The position numbers were made by a program, and so were the translations under genes. The notes below the pieces were generated by a model. It was not told the DNA's origin. It worked only from the letters and a program-made list of their open reading frames with translations, and searched no databases. Source: Octopus bimaculoides (lineage: Eukaryota). Taken from it: a stretch of 40,876 bases of DNA. Where the stretch lies: positions 51,350,142-51,391,017 of the forward strand of contig NC_068987.1 of assembly GCF_001194135.2 (NCBI RefSeq), written 5' to 3'. Positions within the stretch are counted from its first letter, which is position 1; each line of letters starts with the position of its first letter. Shown piece by piece: positions 1 to 11,580 of this stretch.

Positions 1-375
1 ATATATATATATATATATATATAGGGGAAAAGCAAAAAGAAAATGCACATTAGATATAAAAATAAAGGCTTTTTTTAATGAAAAGTAAAGATATAAACAT
101 ACAAGTAGATGAATTGAGGTGGAATTATGAATTATTAAAGGGATTTCAAAGTCATACCGGTATCGTCAGAAGCTGTACACCGACTTTAAATGAACATCGA
201 TTTCAAAACAGTGACGTCGGGTGTAATAGTACGTGAGAGGAAAGATTATATGCAAGGATGGTAATAAGTTCCAGAAGTGATGCAATTAAGGTAGATATAA
301 ATACTGGAATATGAATGGTGGAAGGTATGTATTTAGATTAGTGATATTATTGGTAAGATTAATAGTGCCCTGTAT

Positions 376-732
376 TCAGTTGTGTTGTGGATGATATGTA
401 TTGATAATAGTTGCCTGTTTATCTAATCTTTCTTGTACTAAGGTGTTCTGTGGACATTGATAGAAAGGGAAAATTAGAAAGTTCGGTTTAAGGTTCCTAG
501 CACATATTTCTATGTATTCACTGACCTGTATTTGTCTGTATTGTGGGTTGCGGATTCGTTCTTTGTGAAGAGTTGTTCTTCGTCGTAGTGACATTCTTGT
601 TTGGCGGCCTATATAGTGATTTCCGCACCCTGAGCAGGTAATAGCATAGATTAAATTTTCAGAGGTACAGGTGAAATTTGTTTTCATCTTAGATATTTCA
701 CCTTGTTTGAAGTGGAACTCTGTACCCTCCAC
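376..732 (-). pseudogene. GIY-YIG endonuclease domain remnant of PLE
   Basis: LIYAITCSGCGNHYIG motif followed by R..LH..H-type residues and a C-terminal P..N motif. Confidence 0.9.
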
Positions 733-1165
733 AAGGTGGGGGCATGTGCCACAATTAGGCAGCTTGCATTTTTCACTTTTAGTTCCGTTGTTAATGGATA
801 TATTCTTGCGCTGGCTAATGTTTTTTCAATGATTTCAGTTGCATTTTGCTCTTGATAATTTTGTGTGTGCCTAAAATGTTATTCATTGTTTTATCTCCAA
901 TGAGAATGAATAGGTTTTGGATGATGATGCTGTAGGCCTCATTGCTTCTAGAGTTGTGTGTGGAGATGTATGGGAGTATTTTTTAAGTCTGGTGTAGTAT
1001 TTTAGTTTATTTTCATTAATGTGTGTATGTCTATTTCCTTTGCTCGTTTAATGCCATAATTTATTAATGATGTTGGGTAATGTCTCATGATTAGTATTGA
1101 TTTGAGTTCAAAGCGTATTCGTTCACGAGTATTGGTGTTCGAAACTATGGTGAAGATTATTTTCG

Positions 1166-1995
1166 CTAGATTATAAGGTATATTAATAATAGGTATTGCT
1201 TTAAATCTGTGGGTTTATAGAAGATGTCCGTTTCGATATGGTTATTAACTACTTTAATTAGAATGTCAAGAAAAGGAAGTAGTTTATTGCTGTGTTCCAT
1301 GGTGAATGGTATGTTACTATTGATATTGTTGAGCATTATTTTGAAATCGAGGAGTTTGTCCATGCTAAAGCAATCATCTAAGTACATTTTCTAGTTCTTT
1401 AAATAGCAATGAAATGAGGTACCATATTTTGGCTGTGATGATTGGTATATTTTAAGTTCTAGATAACCCATTACAGGGTTCGAAATCACTGGGACAGATC
1501 GAGTTCCCATGGCAATTCCACATAATTTTCGATAGTAAACTATATCGAACATGCAGTAGTTGTTCAGTAGCATAAATTTCACTGCTGCAATTATGAATTT
1601 GTGGTTGATGCGTCCTGGGATATCTTCTGGGTGTTTTTTTGTAGCCAGAAGGTGATTACTTCTATACCATAATCGTGTGGAATATTGGTGTACAAGTTAA
1701 CCACATCAAATGATACTAATAGGGCTCCTTCATTTATTGTTTTCGGGAGGTGGTTAAGTACGTCTACGTCATTCCTGATGAAGCTTTTCACATATTTTAA
1801 AAATGGTTTGAATAAAATGTCTATGAAATTGCTCAAACGATGGGTTTCACAACCAGGGCAAGCAATGATGAGTCATAGCTTGAGGTTAGTAGGAGGGGGG
1901 GTATATTAATGCATGGGCTTGGAAAATCTTTGCAAGCTTCACTAATGTGTGGATTTTTGTGTAGTTTAGGTAATCTAGGTAATCCGTAGAATAGA
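1166..1995 (-). pseudogene. PLE reverse transcriptase remnant
   Basis: FDVVNLYTNIP, GIAMGT, YLDD and FLDI motifs spread across broken frames. Confidence 0.9.
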
Positions 1996-2040
1996 CTTGG
2001 TCTGTATTTAAAATAAAGAAATTGACTATCTATGCAAAAT

Positions 2041-2095
2041 ACATACATACATACATACGTACACAAACAAACACACACACACACAAACACACACA

Positions 2096-2143
<48 letters not shown>
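2041..2143. repeat. (TACA)n/(CA)n microsatellite
   Basis: Direct inspection. Confidence 0.97.
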
Positions 2144-2146
<3 letters not shown>

Positions 2147-2517
2147 CACAAGTGTAGATTTCAAACAGATAAAAATAATACGGAGATAGTAATTGAAGGA
2201 GTTGCAGCGATTAGTGACACTTTATGCTCCTTGATACGATTAGCCGTAACATGGATTATACAAGAGATCTTCTGCGGCACCTGTCTGGATGAGTTTATCA
2301 CTATACACTCAATTAACAGTCGACAACTGAGGAGAGGTTAGACTTCTTTCAGTGATTTGTTCCGTACTTGTCCCTCATGGGTTTACGTATTTTTCACTCG
2401 TTGGTGAATACCTGTCTTTATTGTATACTTCTTGGTAATTTGTCCTGTACTCATCACTCGTGTGCTTACGTAATTTTCACTCGGTGATGTCCTGTATTTG
2501 ATGTATCTTATATTTAT

Positions 2518-2716
2518 TCACACACACACACTCACACACACATACATACATACATACATACATACATACATACATACATACATAACATAAATATACATCT
2601 TTCTATATATATCCTGCTTAAACGTGGATGGTCTGTTACAACAAATTATACTATTTATATCGCCAGTAAGGAGATAAATCCCCGTCATCTCATCACTCTC
2701 CATATACATATATGTA

Positions 2717-2802
<86 letters not shown>
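2518..2802. repeat. Compound microsatellites (CA)n, (TACA)n, (TATC)n, (TA)n with a short unique spacer, next to a gap
   Basis: Direct inspection. Confidence 0.9.
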
Positions 2803-2805
<3 letters not shown>

Positions 2806-2808
2806 TAG

Positions 2809-3500
2809 NNNNNNNNNNNNNNNNNNNNNNNNNNNNNNNNNNNNNNNNNNNNNNNNNNNNNNNNNNNNNNNNNNNNNNNNNNNNNNNNNNNNNNNNNNNN
2901 NNNNNNNNNNNNNNNNNNNNNNNNNNNNNNNNNNNNNNNNNNNNNNNNNNNNNNNNNNNNNNNNNNNNNNNNNNNNNNNNNNNNNNNNNNNNNNNNNNNN
3001 NNNNNNNNNNNNNNNNNNNNNNNNNNNNNNNNNNNNNNNNNNNNNNNNNNNNNNNNNNNNNNNNNNNNNNNNNNNNNNNNNNNNNNNNNNNNNNNNNNNN
3101 NNNNNNNNNNNNNNNNNNNNNNNNNNNNNNNNNNNNNNNNNNNNNNNNNNNNNNNNNNNNNNNNNNNNNNNNNNNNNNNNNNNNNNNNNNNNNNNNNNNN
3201 NNNNNNNNNNNNNNNNNNNNNNNNNNNNNNNNNNNNNNNNNNNNNNNNNNNNNNNNNNNNNNNNNNNNNNNNNNNNNNNNNNNNNNNNNNNNNNNNNNNN
3301 NNNNNNNNNNNNNNNNNNNNNNNNNNNNNNNNNNNNNNNNNNNNNNNNNNNNNNNNNNNNNNNNNNNNNNNNNNNNNNNNNNNNNNNNNNNNNNNNNNNN
3401 NNNNNNNNNNNNNNNNNNNNNNNNNNNNNNNNNNNNNNNNNNNNNNNNNNNNNNNNNNNNNNNNNNNNNNNNNNNNNNNNNNNNNNNNNNNNNNNNNNNA
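2809..3500. other. Assembly gap (other gaps: 4826-4981, 8438-8896, 17457-17878, 18736-18745, 19473-20294, 27251-28100, 28949-29450, 33816-33825, 36774-36857, 40311-40320)
   Basis: Runs of N, nearly all bordered by microsatellites. Confidence 0.99.
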
Positions 3501-3720
3501 AATCCGGATACGTTCGTGCTGCTGGCCGTGGTGAGAGGGATAACTCCCTTGGCAAACAGGACACAGTCGTGTGTCGATAAGCCAGCTGGAGGAGATGTCC
3601 TCCTGGGGCTAAAAGCAACAGTAACATCCACCCCTAGGGGTCAGCCACACTTAAGTGGCAATATACTACACTTTATCGTGCAGTTACTGTTAATACTTCA
3701 TTTAGAGAATTAACATTGCT

Positions 3721-3764
<44 letters not shown>

Positions 3765-3774
3765 TGTGTGTGTG

Positions 3775-3892
3775 TGTGTACACCTCTCTATATATACGTA
3801 TGTTTGTACACACACACACACAAACACACACTCACACACATACGTGTGTGTGTGTGTGTACAAACATACGTATATATAGAGAGGTGTACACA
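3775..3892. repeat. Perfect 48-bp inverted repeat with 22-nt spacer inside a TA/CA/TG microsatellite
   Basis: 3775-3822 tgtgtacacctctctatatatacgtatgtttgtacacacacacacaca is the exact reverse complement of 3845-3892. Confidence 0.93.
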
Positions 3893-3913
3893 TGCATATA
3901 TATATATATATAT

Positions 3914-3955
<42 letters not shown>

Positions 3956-4496
3956 TATTTGAGTGCGTGTGCGAACATGTAAGTATATATATTGAAGTTA
4001 ATGCCTAACAATGACTACTCGTTACATACCAAGCACGAATGTTAGGATTGTGAGATGTTTTGAAATGGACATTGAATTTTAAATTTTGTTGTCTTAGATG
4101 TGTTAAATGTTTTGATATAACATGGCTGACAATTGGTAGGTCGATGGTGTACGTAATGAGCAGTGTTGCTTTTGTGATTGGAATGAGATAAATATTAGTA
4201 GGATCTATTTGTTATTCAGCGAAGTGGAGTACGAAAATATGTAGCGGAAACAAAATTGGCAGTCTTCAATGTTTGTTTGTGAAAATACGTTTCGTCGGAG
4301 CGTAAAGATTCCTATAAATATAGATAAGGTTAAGGTAAAAAAATTTTACATACACAAGAGCAAAATCGATAAATAGGATTTGATGTATTTGAGTAAATTA
4401 GCATATGGGACAGGTGCGTTGAGTACAGAAATGTGGTGGGAGCCAGGTGGAAACAAAGACATATGTGTATCTATAATATTTATTTGCGTTTGCAAT

Positions 4497-4825
<329 letters not shown>

Positions 4826-5044
4826 NNNNNNNNNNNNNNNNNNNNNNNNNNNNNNNNNNNNNNNNNNNNNNNNNNNNNNNNNNNNNNNNNNNNNNNNNNN
4901 NNNNNNNNNNNNNNNNNNNNNNNNNNNNNNNNNNNNNNNNNNNNNNNNNNNNNNNNNNNNNNNNNNNNNNNNNNNNNNNNNATATATACAGAAAGAAAGA
5001 TAGAGAACAAGAGAGAGGGGAGAAGATAGAATGGAAGAGATATT

Positions 5045-5094
<50 letters not shown>

Positions 5095-5204
5095 TACAGG
5101 AGTAAGCTCCTCTTACTTGAAGACATCTGTGCAGAATTTGTAGAGTTTGACCCATTTTCTAATTTTTATTATCCTGCTGGGGTCTTTATACAGGCTCTTC
5201 ACTT

Positions 5205-5355
5205 TCTCATTTCAAATCCCATAGCATTTAGCTTTGCCTTTCATCAATGCGGATTTGCGAAGCTAGTGCATTTTCAGGTACTGGGGTCTATGTAATCGAT
5301 TAACACTGCCCGCTAAAAATGTGTTGACCCATTGGCAATATTTGAAACAATTTAT
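5205..5355 (+). mobile_element. Diverged partial tRNA-derived SINE (family B)
   Basis: ttcaaatccc...ctttgcctttcatc...gtactggggtctatgtaatcgatt matches the copies at 8962-9197 and 23565-23735. Confidence 0.6.
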
Positions 5356-6101
5356 AACTATTATTATATTTGATCATCTGATCATCTTTAAGCATATAGA
5401 AAGTGATGTTCTTGCTGCACAACTATATGTCACTATATAATTGGATGCATTGGTGCATTTTGCGCTCCGGTGTTTTTATTGATATTTTAAATTTTGTTAG
5501 AAGAAGACCAAGATTGAAAATTCTTTGGAAAAAAAAAACAAACAAGGAAAATACAGATGACGGATTTTAAGTGTTAGTGACTTAGTTACTTGCGATATTG
5601 AAACATTGGAATTTCCTTAGATTCCTTGCTCTTCAAGACAGATATACAACGGAAAGAGCAGTGTAGGCTGAACTAGGTACGATCCGTCGGTTTTCTGGTG
5701 GGCTACATCCTTCATTAAACGGCTGTTGGTATCTAGGACGTGGCTATTCACATGAGTTCATCAGAGTTCATGATAATGGAAGACCTCTTCTTGAAAGGAA
5801 ACATAGATAGAAAGAGAAGAGTATGTAAAAAGGCTGTTAACATTTATGTATCTATGATTGTTCAAAGATATATCACAGTATTATATATGAATCCAAAGAT
5901 GCGTATGCGCTTCTTTACGTGTGTGTATTCGTGTATGTAGGTGAGTATGTGTTTCTTTGTACCATTCTCTTTTTACATAACTGCTTATTAACAACATGCT
6001 TGTTGTATACAGTACTTTGGTGATCTGTACGCATATGTAGTCTGCTTGTATATACATACACACACAAGAACACGAACACATATGCACTCATGTATATATA
6101 C

Positions 6102-6145
<44 letters not shown>

Positions 6146-6699
6146 CATATATCTACATATAAGTAGGCGTATAATATGTGTGCGTACGTGTGAGTTGGTT
6201 GTTTGTTTGAATGTATCCGTGTGTACATCCACGTGCATAATGCCTGTTTCAGTTAGTGCGTTTTTGTTATCCGTTCCTAAACGCACCTGTGTTTCCCCAC
6301 CCTCCCTCCTACATTCCACACCATTTCCACTTTAACTAAGTAACTCGAAAACATGAATTCCTATTAATCGACTTTGCCATTGTCTAGAAAAAAAAAGAAA
6401 GAAAAATCATATTCCCAACTAATAGATTCCTTAAAGTGATCTATATTTATGGGAACCTTTCTGCTCCAGTGAACTTCATTTTCGTGAAGAAACATCCACT
6501 CTTACTGAATTAGCATGCCACTATACCATTTACATTTCATTCCCCGTTGACGGCAAATTGAACTTATCGACATCTATTTTATTCTAATCACAATAATGGA
6601 CACCTGACTTAACTAGAATTCATCGAACTTTCTACTCACCACCATAACACATACTCAAACTAACCCACACAAGTTCCATGCTTTGAAATAAAGCAAACA

Positions 6700-6860
6700 G
6701 GTGCTGAAGTGGCTGTGTGGTAAAAAGTTTGCTTTCCAACTATATAGTCTCCGGTTCAGTTCCACTGCCTAGCACCATGGACAAGATTCTTCTAATATAG
6801 CTCCTATACGACCAATGCCTCAAGTGGACTCGGAAGACGGAAACTAAAAAAAGTTCGTCG
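6700..6860 (+). mobile_element. tRNA-derived SINE head (family A), diverged
   Basis: gtggctgtgtggtaa (A-box-like), ggttcagttcc (B-box-like), then gacggaaact..aaag..cgtcg; homologous to 23018-23405. Confidence 0.85.
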
Positions 6861-7009
6861 TGTATACATATACATAAATACACAAGTACAGGGATATCTG
6901 GTTGCCAAGTAGGGATGCGAACAAACATAAATACTAAGACACACACGTAGATATATACATACATGCATCTCTCTCTCCCTCTCTAAATACATTTACATAT
7001 ACACACATA

Positions 7010-8178
7010 CAAACTGGTATCAAAAGGTACCCGGACTACTTCTGTTGTATGCCAACAGATGGCAGCACACGACTGTGTACGCAGTGAACTTCGAGAGGTG
7101 GTATGCCGACTGATACCGCTCTGTTTTCTTCTAAAGTTGCGAAATTTGTGTCTTGTGATCACGTGTACGAGGTGGTATGAAAACGTTTCCGGACTAGATA
7201 CATTTAATATAAAATCACTTATTTATCTAAGTTTTAGCATCCTCTCCTTCGAAATAATCCCCTTACAAAGCGATACACCGGTCTCAGCGTTCCGACCCCT
7301 ATTGGAATCCGCCCTGGAAATAGTTTTCCCTAAGCGAGTCGAGGATCTTCTGCAGTTCGCTCTGGATTTCGACAACGATGTAAAAAAAAAAAGGCTACCT
7401 TTCAACTGCCCTTTTACCTTGGCGAAGAGATGGGAGACTGGAATTCTCGATTGAGGTTTAGATCCTATGGGCCGGTGGAATTCTCGATGTACGATATCGC
7501 GGATGTCTAAAAAAAACGGTGAGCATACTCTTGATTGAGTGGCGGTTCTGTCGTGCCTTCCGAGGTCGTGGACATAATGGGCTCTCCGATTGTAACGACT
7601 CCTGCGTCATCTCAGAGTTTCATTTGTAAATCCAACTCTTGTCAACGTCTATGATCATCGACGGGTGTTCAGTGGCACGGTGACAGAGATCCTTACAGAG
7701 TTCGACGCGATGTTCTTTCTGCTCAGTGGTTAGCACGCCGGGGACAGACGTGGGAAAGACATGTCGTATGTTCAATTCAGACATTAGGATTGCCTGTACG
7801 GGCCCATACGACAGACCAAATACATCCGCAATGTAGCTGATTGTCCTCCGAGGGTACTCATGCGAAAGCCAATGAATTTTCTCCACATTTCCTGGGACGA
7901 CGAACGTGGCAGGTCTTCCAGACTTCTACGGACGTTCTTGAAGTGCTAGTGTCACTCGAAATATTGCGTACGACCATTGCCTCATCGCCATAAACTTGCC
8001 GAAGCAAGCTCAATGTCTCTGTACCAGGCTTCTCACAATGAAGTTAAAATTTCACATAGACCTTTTGTTCCAACTTCGTGTCTATCAGAAAGTCGTTGAC
8101 TGCAACATGCACGTAATCACATAGACACAAACTTCAAAACTTGTGAAGTAAACACAGTAATGTTACTCGGCACATCAT
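7010..8178 (-). mobile_element. Decayed mariner transposon
   Basis: Minus strand: ETLSLLRQVYGDEAM (N-terminal HTH region), YPRRTISYIADVFGLSYGPVQAILMSEL...SVPGVLTTEQKEHRVELC...DVDKSWIY (7620-7886), C-terminal FAKVKGQLKG-like segment near 7400. A TIR-like TA+caaactggtatcaaaaggtacccggact lies at 7008; a matching TIR at the other end is not recognisable. Confidence 0.85.
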
Positions 8179-8346
8179 ATATGTTTGTTCCCGTATGTAT
8201 GAACATATTTGTGTACATATAGGTGTCCAGTTCCATGCACACACATGTATATACATACAGGAACACACAAAAACATATACAGGTATACATAGATACACAC
8301 ACAGAGCTTCACACACACTTCACACACACTTCACACACCCATATAG

Positions 8347-8378
<32 letters not shown>

Positions 8379-8896
8379 GTATGTATATATCTATATCTAT
8401 ATCTATATGTATGTATGTATGTATGTATATATATATANNNNNNNNNNNNNNNNNNNNNNNNNNNNNNNNNNNNNNNNNNNNNNNNNNNNNNNNNNNNNNN
8501 NNNNNNNNNNNNNNNNNNNNNNNNNNNNNNNNNNNNNNNNNNNNNNNNNNNNNNNNNNNNNNNNNNNNNNNNNNNNNNNNNNNNNNNNNNNNNNNNNNNN
8601 NNNNNNNNNNNNNNNNNNNNNNNNNNNNNNNNNNNNNNNNNNNNNNNNNNNNNNNNNNNNNNNNNNNNNNNNNNNNNNNNNNNNNNNNNNNNNNNNNNNN
8701 NNNNNNNNNNNNNNNNNNNNNNNNNNNNNNNNNNNNNNNNNNNNNNNNNNNNNNNNNNNNNNNNNNNNNNNNNNNNNNNNNNNNNNNNNNNNNNNNNNNN
8801 NNNNNNNNNNNNNNNNNNNNNNNNNNNNNNNNNNNNNNNNNNNNNNNNNNNNNNNNNNNNNNNNNNNNNNNNNNNNNNNNNNNNNNNNNNNNNNNN

Positions 8897-9630
8897 GAAT
8901 TGCTTTAAAAAAGAGGGTCCTGCTGTCAATCCGGTGTTATTACAAAGGTGTTGTGTATTTCTTATTTCTTTATTGCCCACAGGGGGCTAAACATAGAAGG
9001 AACAAACAAGGACAGACAAAGGGATTAAGTCGGTTACATCGACCCCAGTGCGTAAGTGGTACTTAATTTATCGACCCCGAAAGGATGAAAGGCAAAGTCG
9101 ACCTCGGCGGACTTTGAACTCAGAACGTAACGGCAGACGAAATACTGCTAAGCCTTTCGCCCGGCGTGCTAACGTTTCTGCCAGCTCACGGCCTTAAGTG
9201 TTGTGTATTTCGAGCTGCTTCCAAGTAACTAAATTATCAAAGCAGATATTTACTGTCAACAACTGGAGGAATCAATCGAAAAAAATAAAAATAAAAATAA
9301 CGGCCAGAATTGGCGAACCATGAAGGAATCGTGTTCCACCATGACTACGTTAGAACACATATATTTGTTAACTCGTGAAAAATTATTGGAGCTTGGTTGG
9401 GAAGAGATGTCACATCCCCCATATAACCCTGACCTTGCACCATTAGATTACCATTTATTTCGAAGTTTGCAAAATTCTTTGAATGGTAAAAATTTCAATA
9501 ATGATGATGAACGGAAATCGCCCTTGCTTCGGTTTTGGCTGATAAGGAACATAAGTTCTATGAGCACGGAATCATGAAGTTGCCTGCAAGATGGCAAACG
9601 TTTATCGACGAAAATGGAAAATATATAAAT
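8897..9630 (+). mobile_element. Mariner transposase 3' half, interrupted by a SINE
   Basis: Removing the SINE and one TSD gives KRVLLSIRCYYKGVVYFELLPSN*IIKADIYCQQL, followed by LLELGWEEMSHPPYNPDLAPLDYHLFRSLQNSLNGKNF and the RWQ...ENGKYI terminus. Confidence 0.9.
8962..9197 (-). mobile_element. tRNA-derived SINE (family B), near full length, with 14-bp TSD
   Basis: Reverse strand has a gagctggcagaaacgttagcacg head and a gagttcaaagtcc B-box. TSD gtgttgtgtatttc at 8948-8961 and 9198-9211. Confidence 0.93.
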
Positions 9631-10014
9631 TTTTTCTCATCTCCTAGACTCTAACAGCCACAGTGTGAACCTTAAGTGTTTCTTTTTTATGATGATGTCC
9701 TTAAAACCTTTCTTAGGTTCATATCTCGGATGCTTACCGTTTGCAGTTGCCCGTAAAAAATTGATTAGGTAAGCTGTCAACGTTCATACTGGTAATAATT
9801 CCATATGAAAAGTATCTAAACATTAGATAGGTTGTCTCGCTGAACAACAACGGTGACTCGTATTAGAGAATGCCTTTTGATGCTTAAGATCCTCCTAAGG
9901 TAAGTCTGGTGGAATCCAAGGCTTTGATGTGACGACGATATGTATTCCAGGTAAATACGTAAAGTTGTTTGAGAACGGTTAGAACATAGAACGTAACAGA
10001 ATTTTTTCTAAATA

Positions 10015-10228
10015 TTGATTTCAAATTTTAGTTCAAGGTTAGCAATTTCGAGCAAGGGGATAAATCGATTACATCGGCCCCAGCAATCAAATGACACTTA
10101 TCTTATCAACCTCGAAAGTAGGAAAGGCAAATCGACCTTGGCGGAATTTGAACTAAGAAACGAAAGATGTACTTAATGCCGGTATGCATTTTGTCAGGCG
10201 TGCTAATGATTCTGCCACCTCAACACCA
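10015..10228 (-). mobile_element. tRNA-derived SINE (family B-related), diverged
   Basis: gattacatcggccccagc...aaaggcaaatcgaccttggcggaatttgaact...gcgtgctaatgattctgcca is homologous to 8962-9197. Confidence 0.8.
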
Positions 10229-10239
10229 TAGCGTTTCTA

Positions 10240-10450
10240 AATACTGATTTCAAATTTTGGCACGAAGCCAGAAATGTTGGACGTAATTTGATTACATCGA
10301 CCCAGCACGCAACTGGTACTATTTTATCACCCCCGAAGAGATGAAAAGTAAAGTTCGTCTCTGCTGAATTTGAATTCAGGATGTGAAGACGGATGAAATA
10401 CCTCTGAGCATTTCATCCGGTGTGCTAATATTTCTGACAGCACTGCCTTA
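10240..10450 (-). mobile_element. tRNA-derived SINE (family B-related), second tandem copy
   Basis: gattacatcgacccagcacgcaactggtact...gaatttgaattcagga...gtgtgctaatatttctgaca. Confidence 0.8.
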
Positions 10451-11348
10451 GCCTTTCTTAATATTATAACCACTTTTCGTTTACCTCATGTAAGTCATGA
10501 GCGCAGGCAGCATTTTAAAGACACTGGATGAGATTTGAGAAAAATTCAACTGGTATTTCTGGCAGATATTTTAAACGCGATGCAAAGGCTCTGTCGTTGG
10601 CTTGTTTGGTATTGGAACAATTTCGCAATACTCTGTCGTCTTCAATGATATTTAATAATAAATATTAGCTAACACCAACGACACCAGAGTTAAACACGAT
10701 ATGGTATTGATCAGTGAGAATTAATAATGACATATATCATGTTATTCTATTCCCAGCTGTAATCATATTTGAAATGGTTCAATAGACTTGAGCTCTCAAG
10801 TAAAGCGGAGGTTTCATGAATGAAGATGTCGACTCTTTTGAACACTGGCTTCCTTTTAACCTAATGATTTTTAGGTGAGGTTTCGCTCAGTTTGCTAGAA
10901 ATATCTCTATTAATGTATGGTACACTTAACTTATCAACTTATCTTTGTTTTAATATGAGAGTAGTATCCCCCTTGAACACATTGATACATATCTCGAAAT
11001 TATACAATTTCACCAGCATACATTCTAACACACAGACACATTCCACACACAGAAACGAACACATTTTCTCTCTCCTTCTGTGCACTCACACAAACACACA
11101 CTCTCACACACACACTGTTATTCTTTCTCTCTCTCTCTCTCTTCATACACACCTATACACTCACATATTTACGTATATGTATATATATAAAAATATACAT
11201 GAGTATGTACATATTTATGTACATATACGTGTATATTGTGTATGTGTTTTCCGGATCTTTTCCATCTGATCAGTATCAGCAACTATTTTGTCTGTATACA
11301 TCTTTCCCCACTTTTCCCTATCGCTTTTACATCTCTCCTCTGTCTCTC

Positions 11349-11408
11349 TATGTATGTATGTATGTATGTATGTATGTATGTATGTATGTATGTATGTATG
11401 TATGTATG

Positions 11409-11439
<31 letters not shown>

Positions 11440-11495
11440 GTATGTATGTATGTATGTATGTATGTATGTATGTATCTATCTATCTATCTATCTAT

Positions 11496-11537
<42 letters not shown>

Positions 11538-11580
11538 CTGTCTGTCTGTATGTTTGTCTGCCTGCCTGCCTATCTGTCTA
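11349..11580. repeat. (TATG)n, (TATC)n, (TA)n, (TCTG)n compound microsatellite
   Basis: Direct inspection. Confidence 0.97.

Larger units (their letters stand above)
23..2035 (-). mobile_element. Decayed Penelope-like retroelement (RT + C-terminal GIY-YIG; Neptune-like), 5'-truncated, 3' end abutting (TA)n
   Basis: Minus-strand ORF pieces in correct PLE order: FYGLPRLPKLHK (~1960-1990), LLVSFDVVNLYTNIP (1591-1836), GIAMGT (1391-1582), YLDD and LPFLDILI/IFYKPT (1166-1387), then GIY-YIG FTCTSENLIYAITCSGCGNHYIG...IINTYHPQHN (376-732). Frameshifts and stops present. Clade call is inferred from the FTCxSxNxIYxIxCxxC pattern. Confidence 0.92.

Noticed and set aside
2327-2350. CTGAGGA-GAGG-ttaga-CTTC hammerhead-like core and stem II, possibly a PLE pseudo-LTR relic
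   Set aside because: The required GAAA is absent (tttc follows) and there is no stem III.
7059-7454. 131-aa plus-strand ORF
   Set aside because: It is antisense to the decayed mariner transposase.
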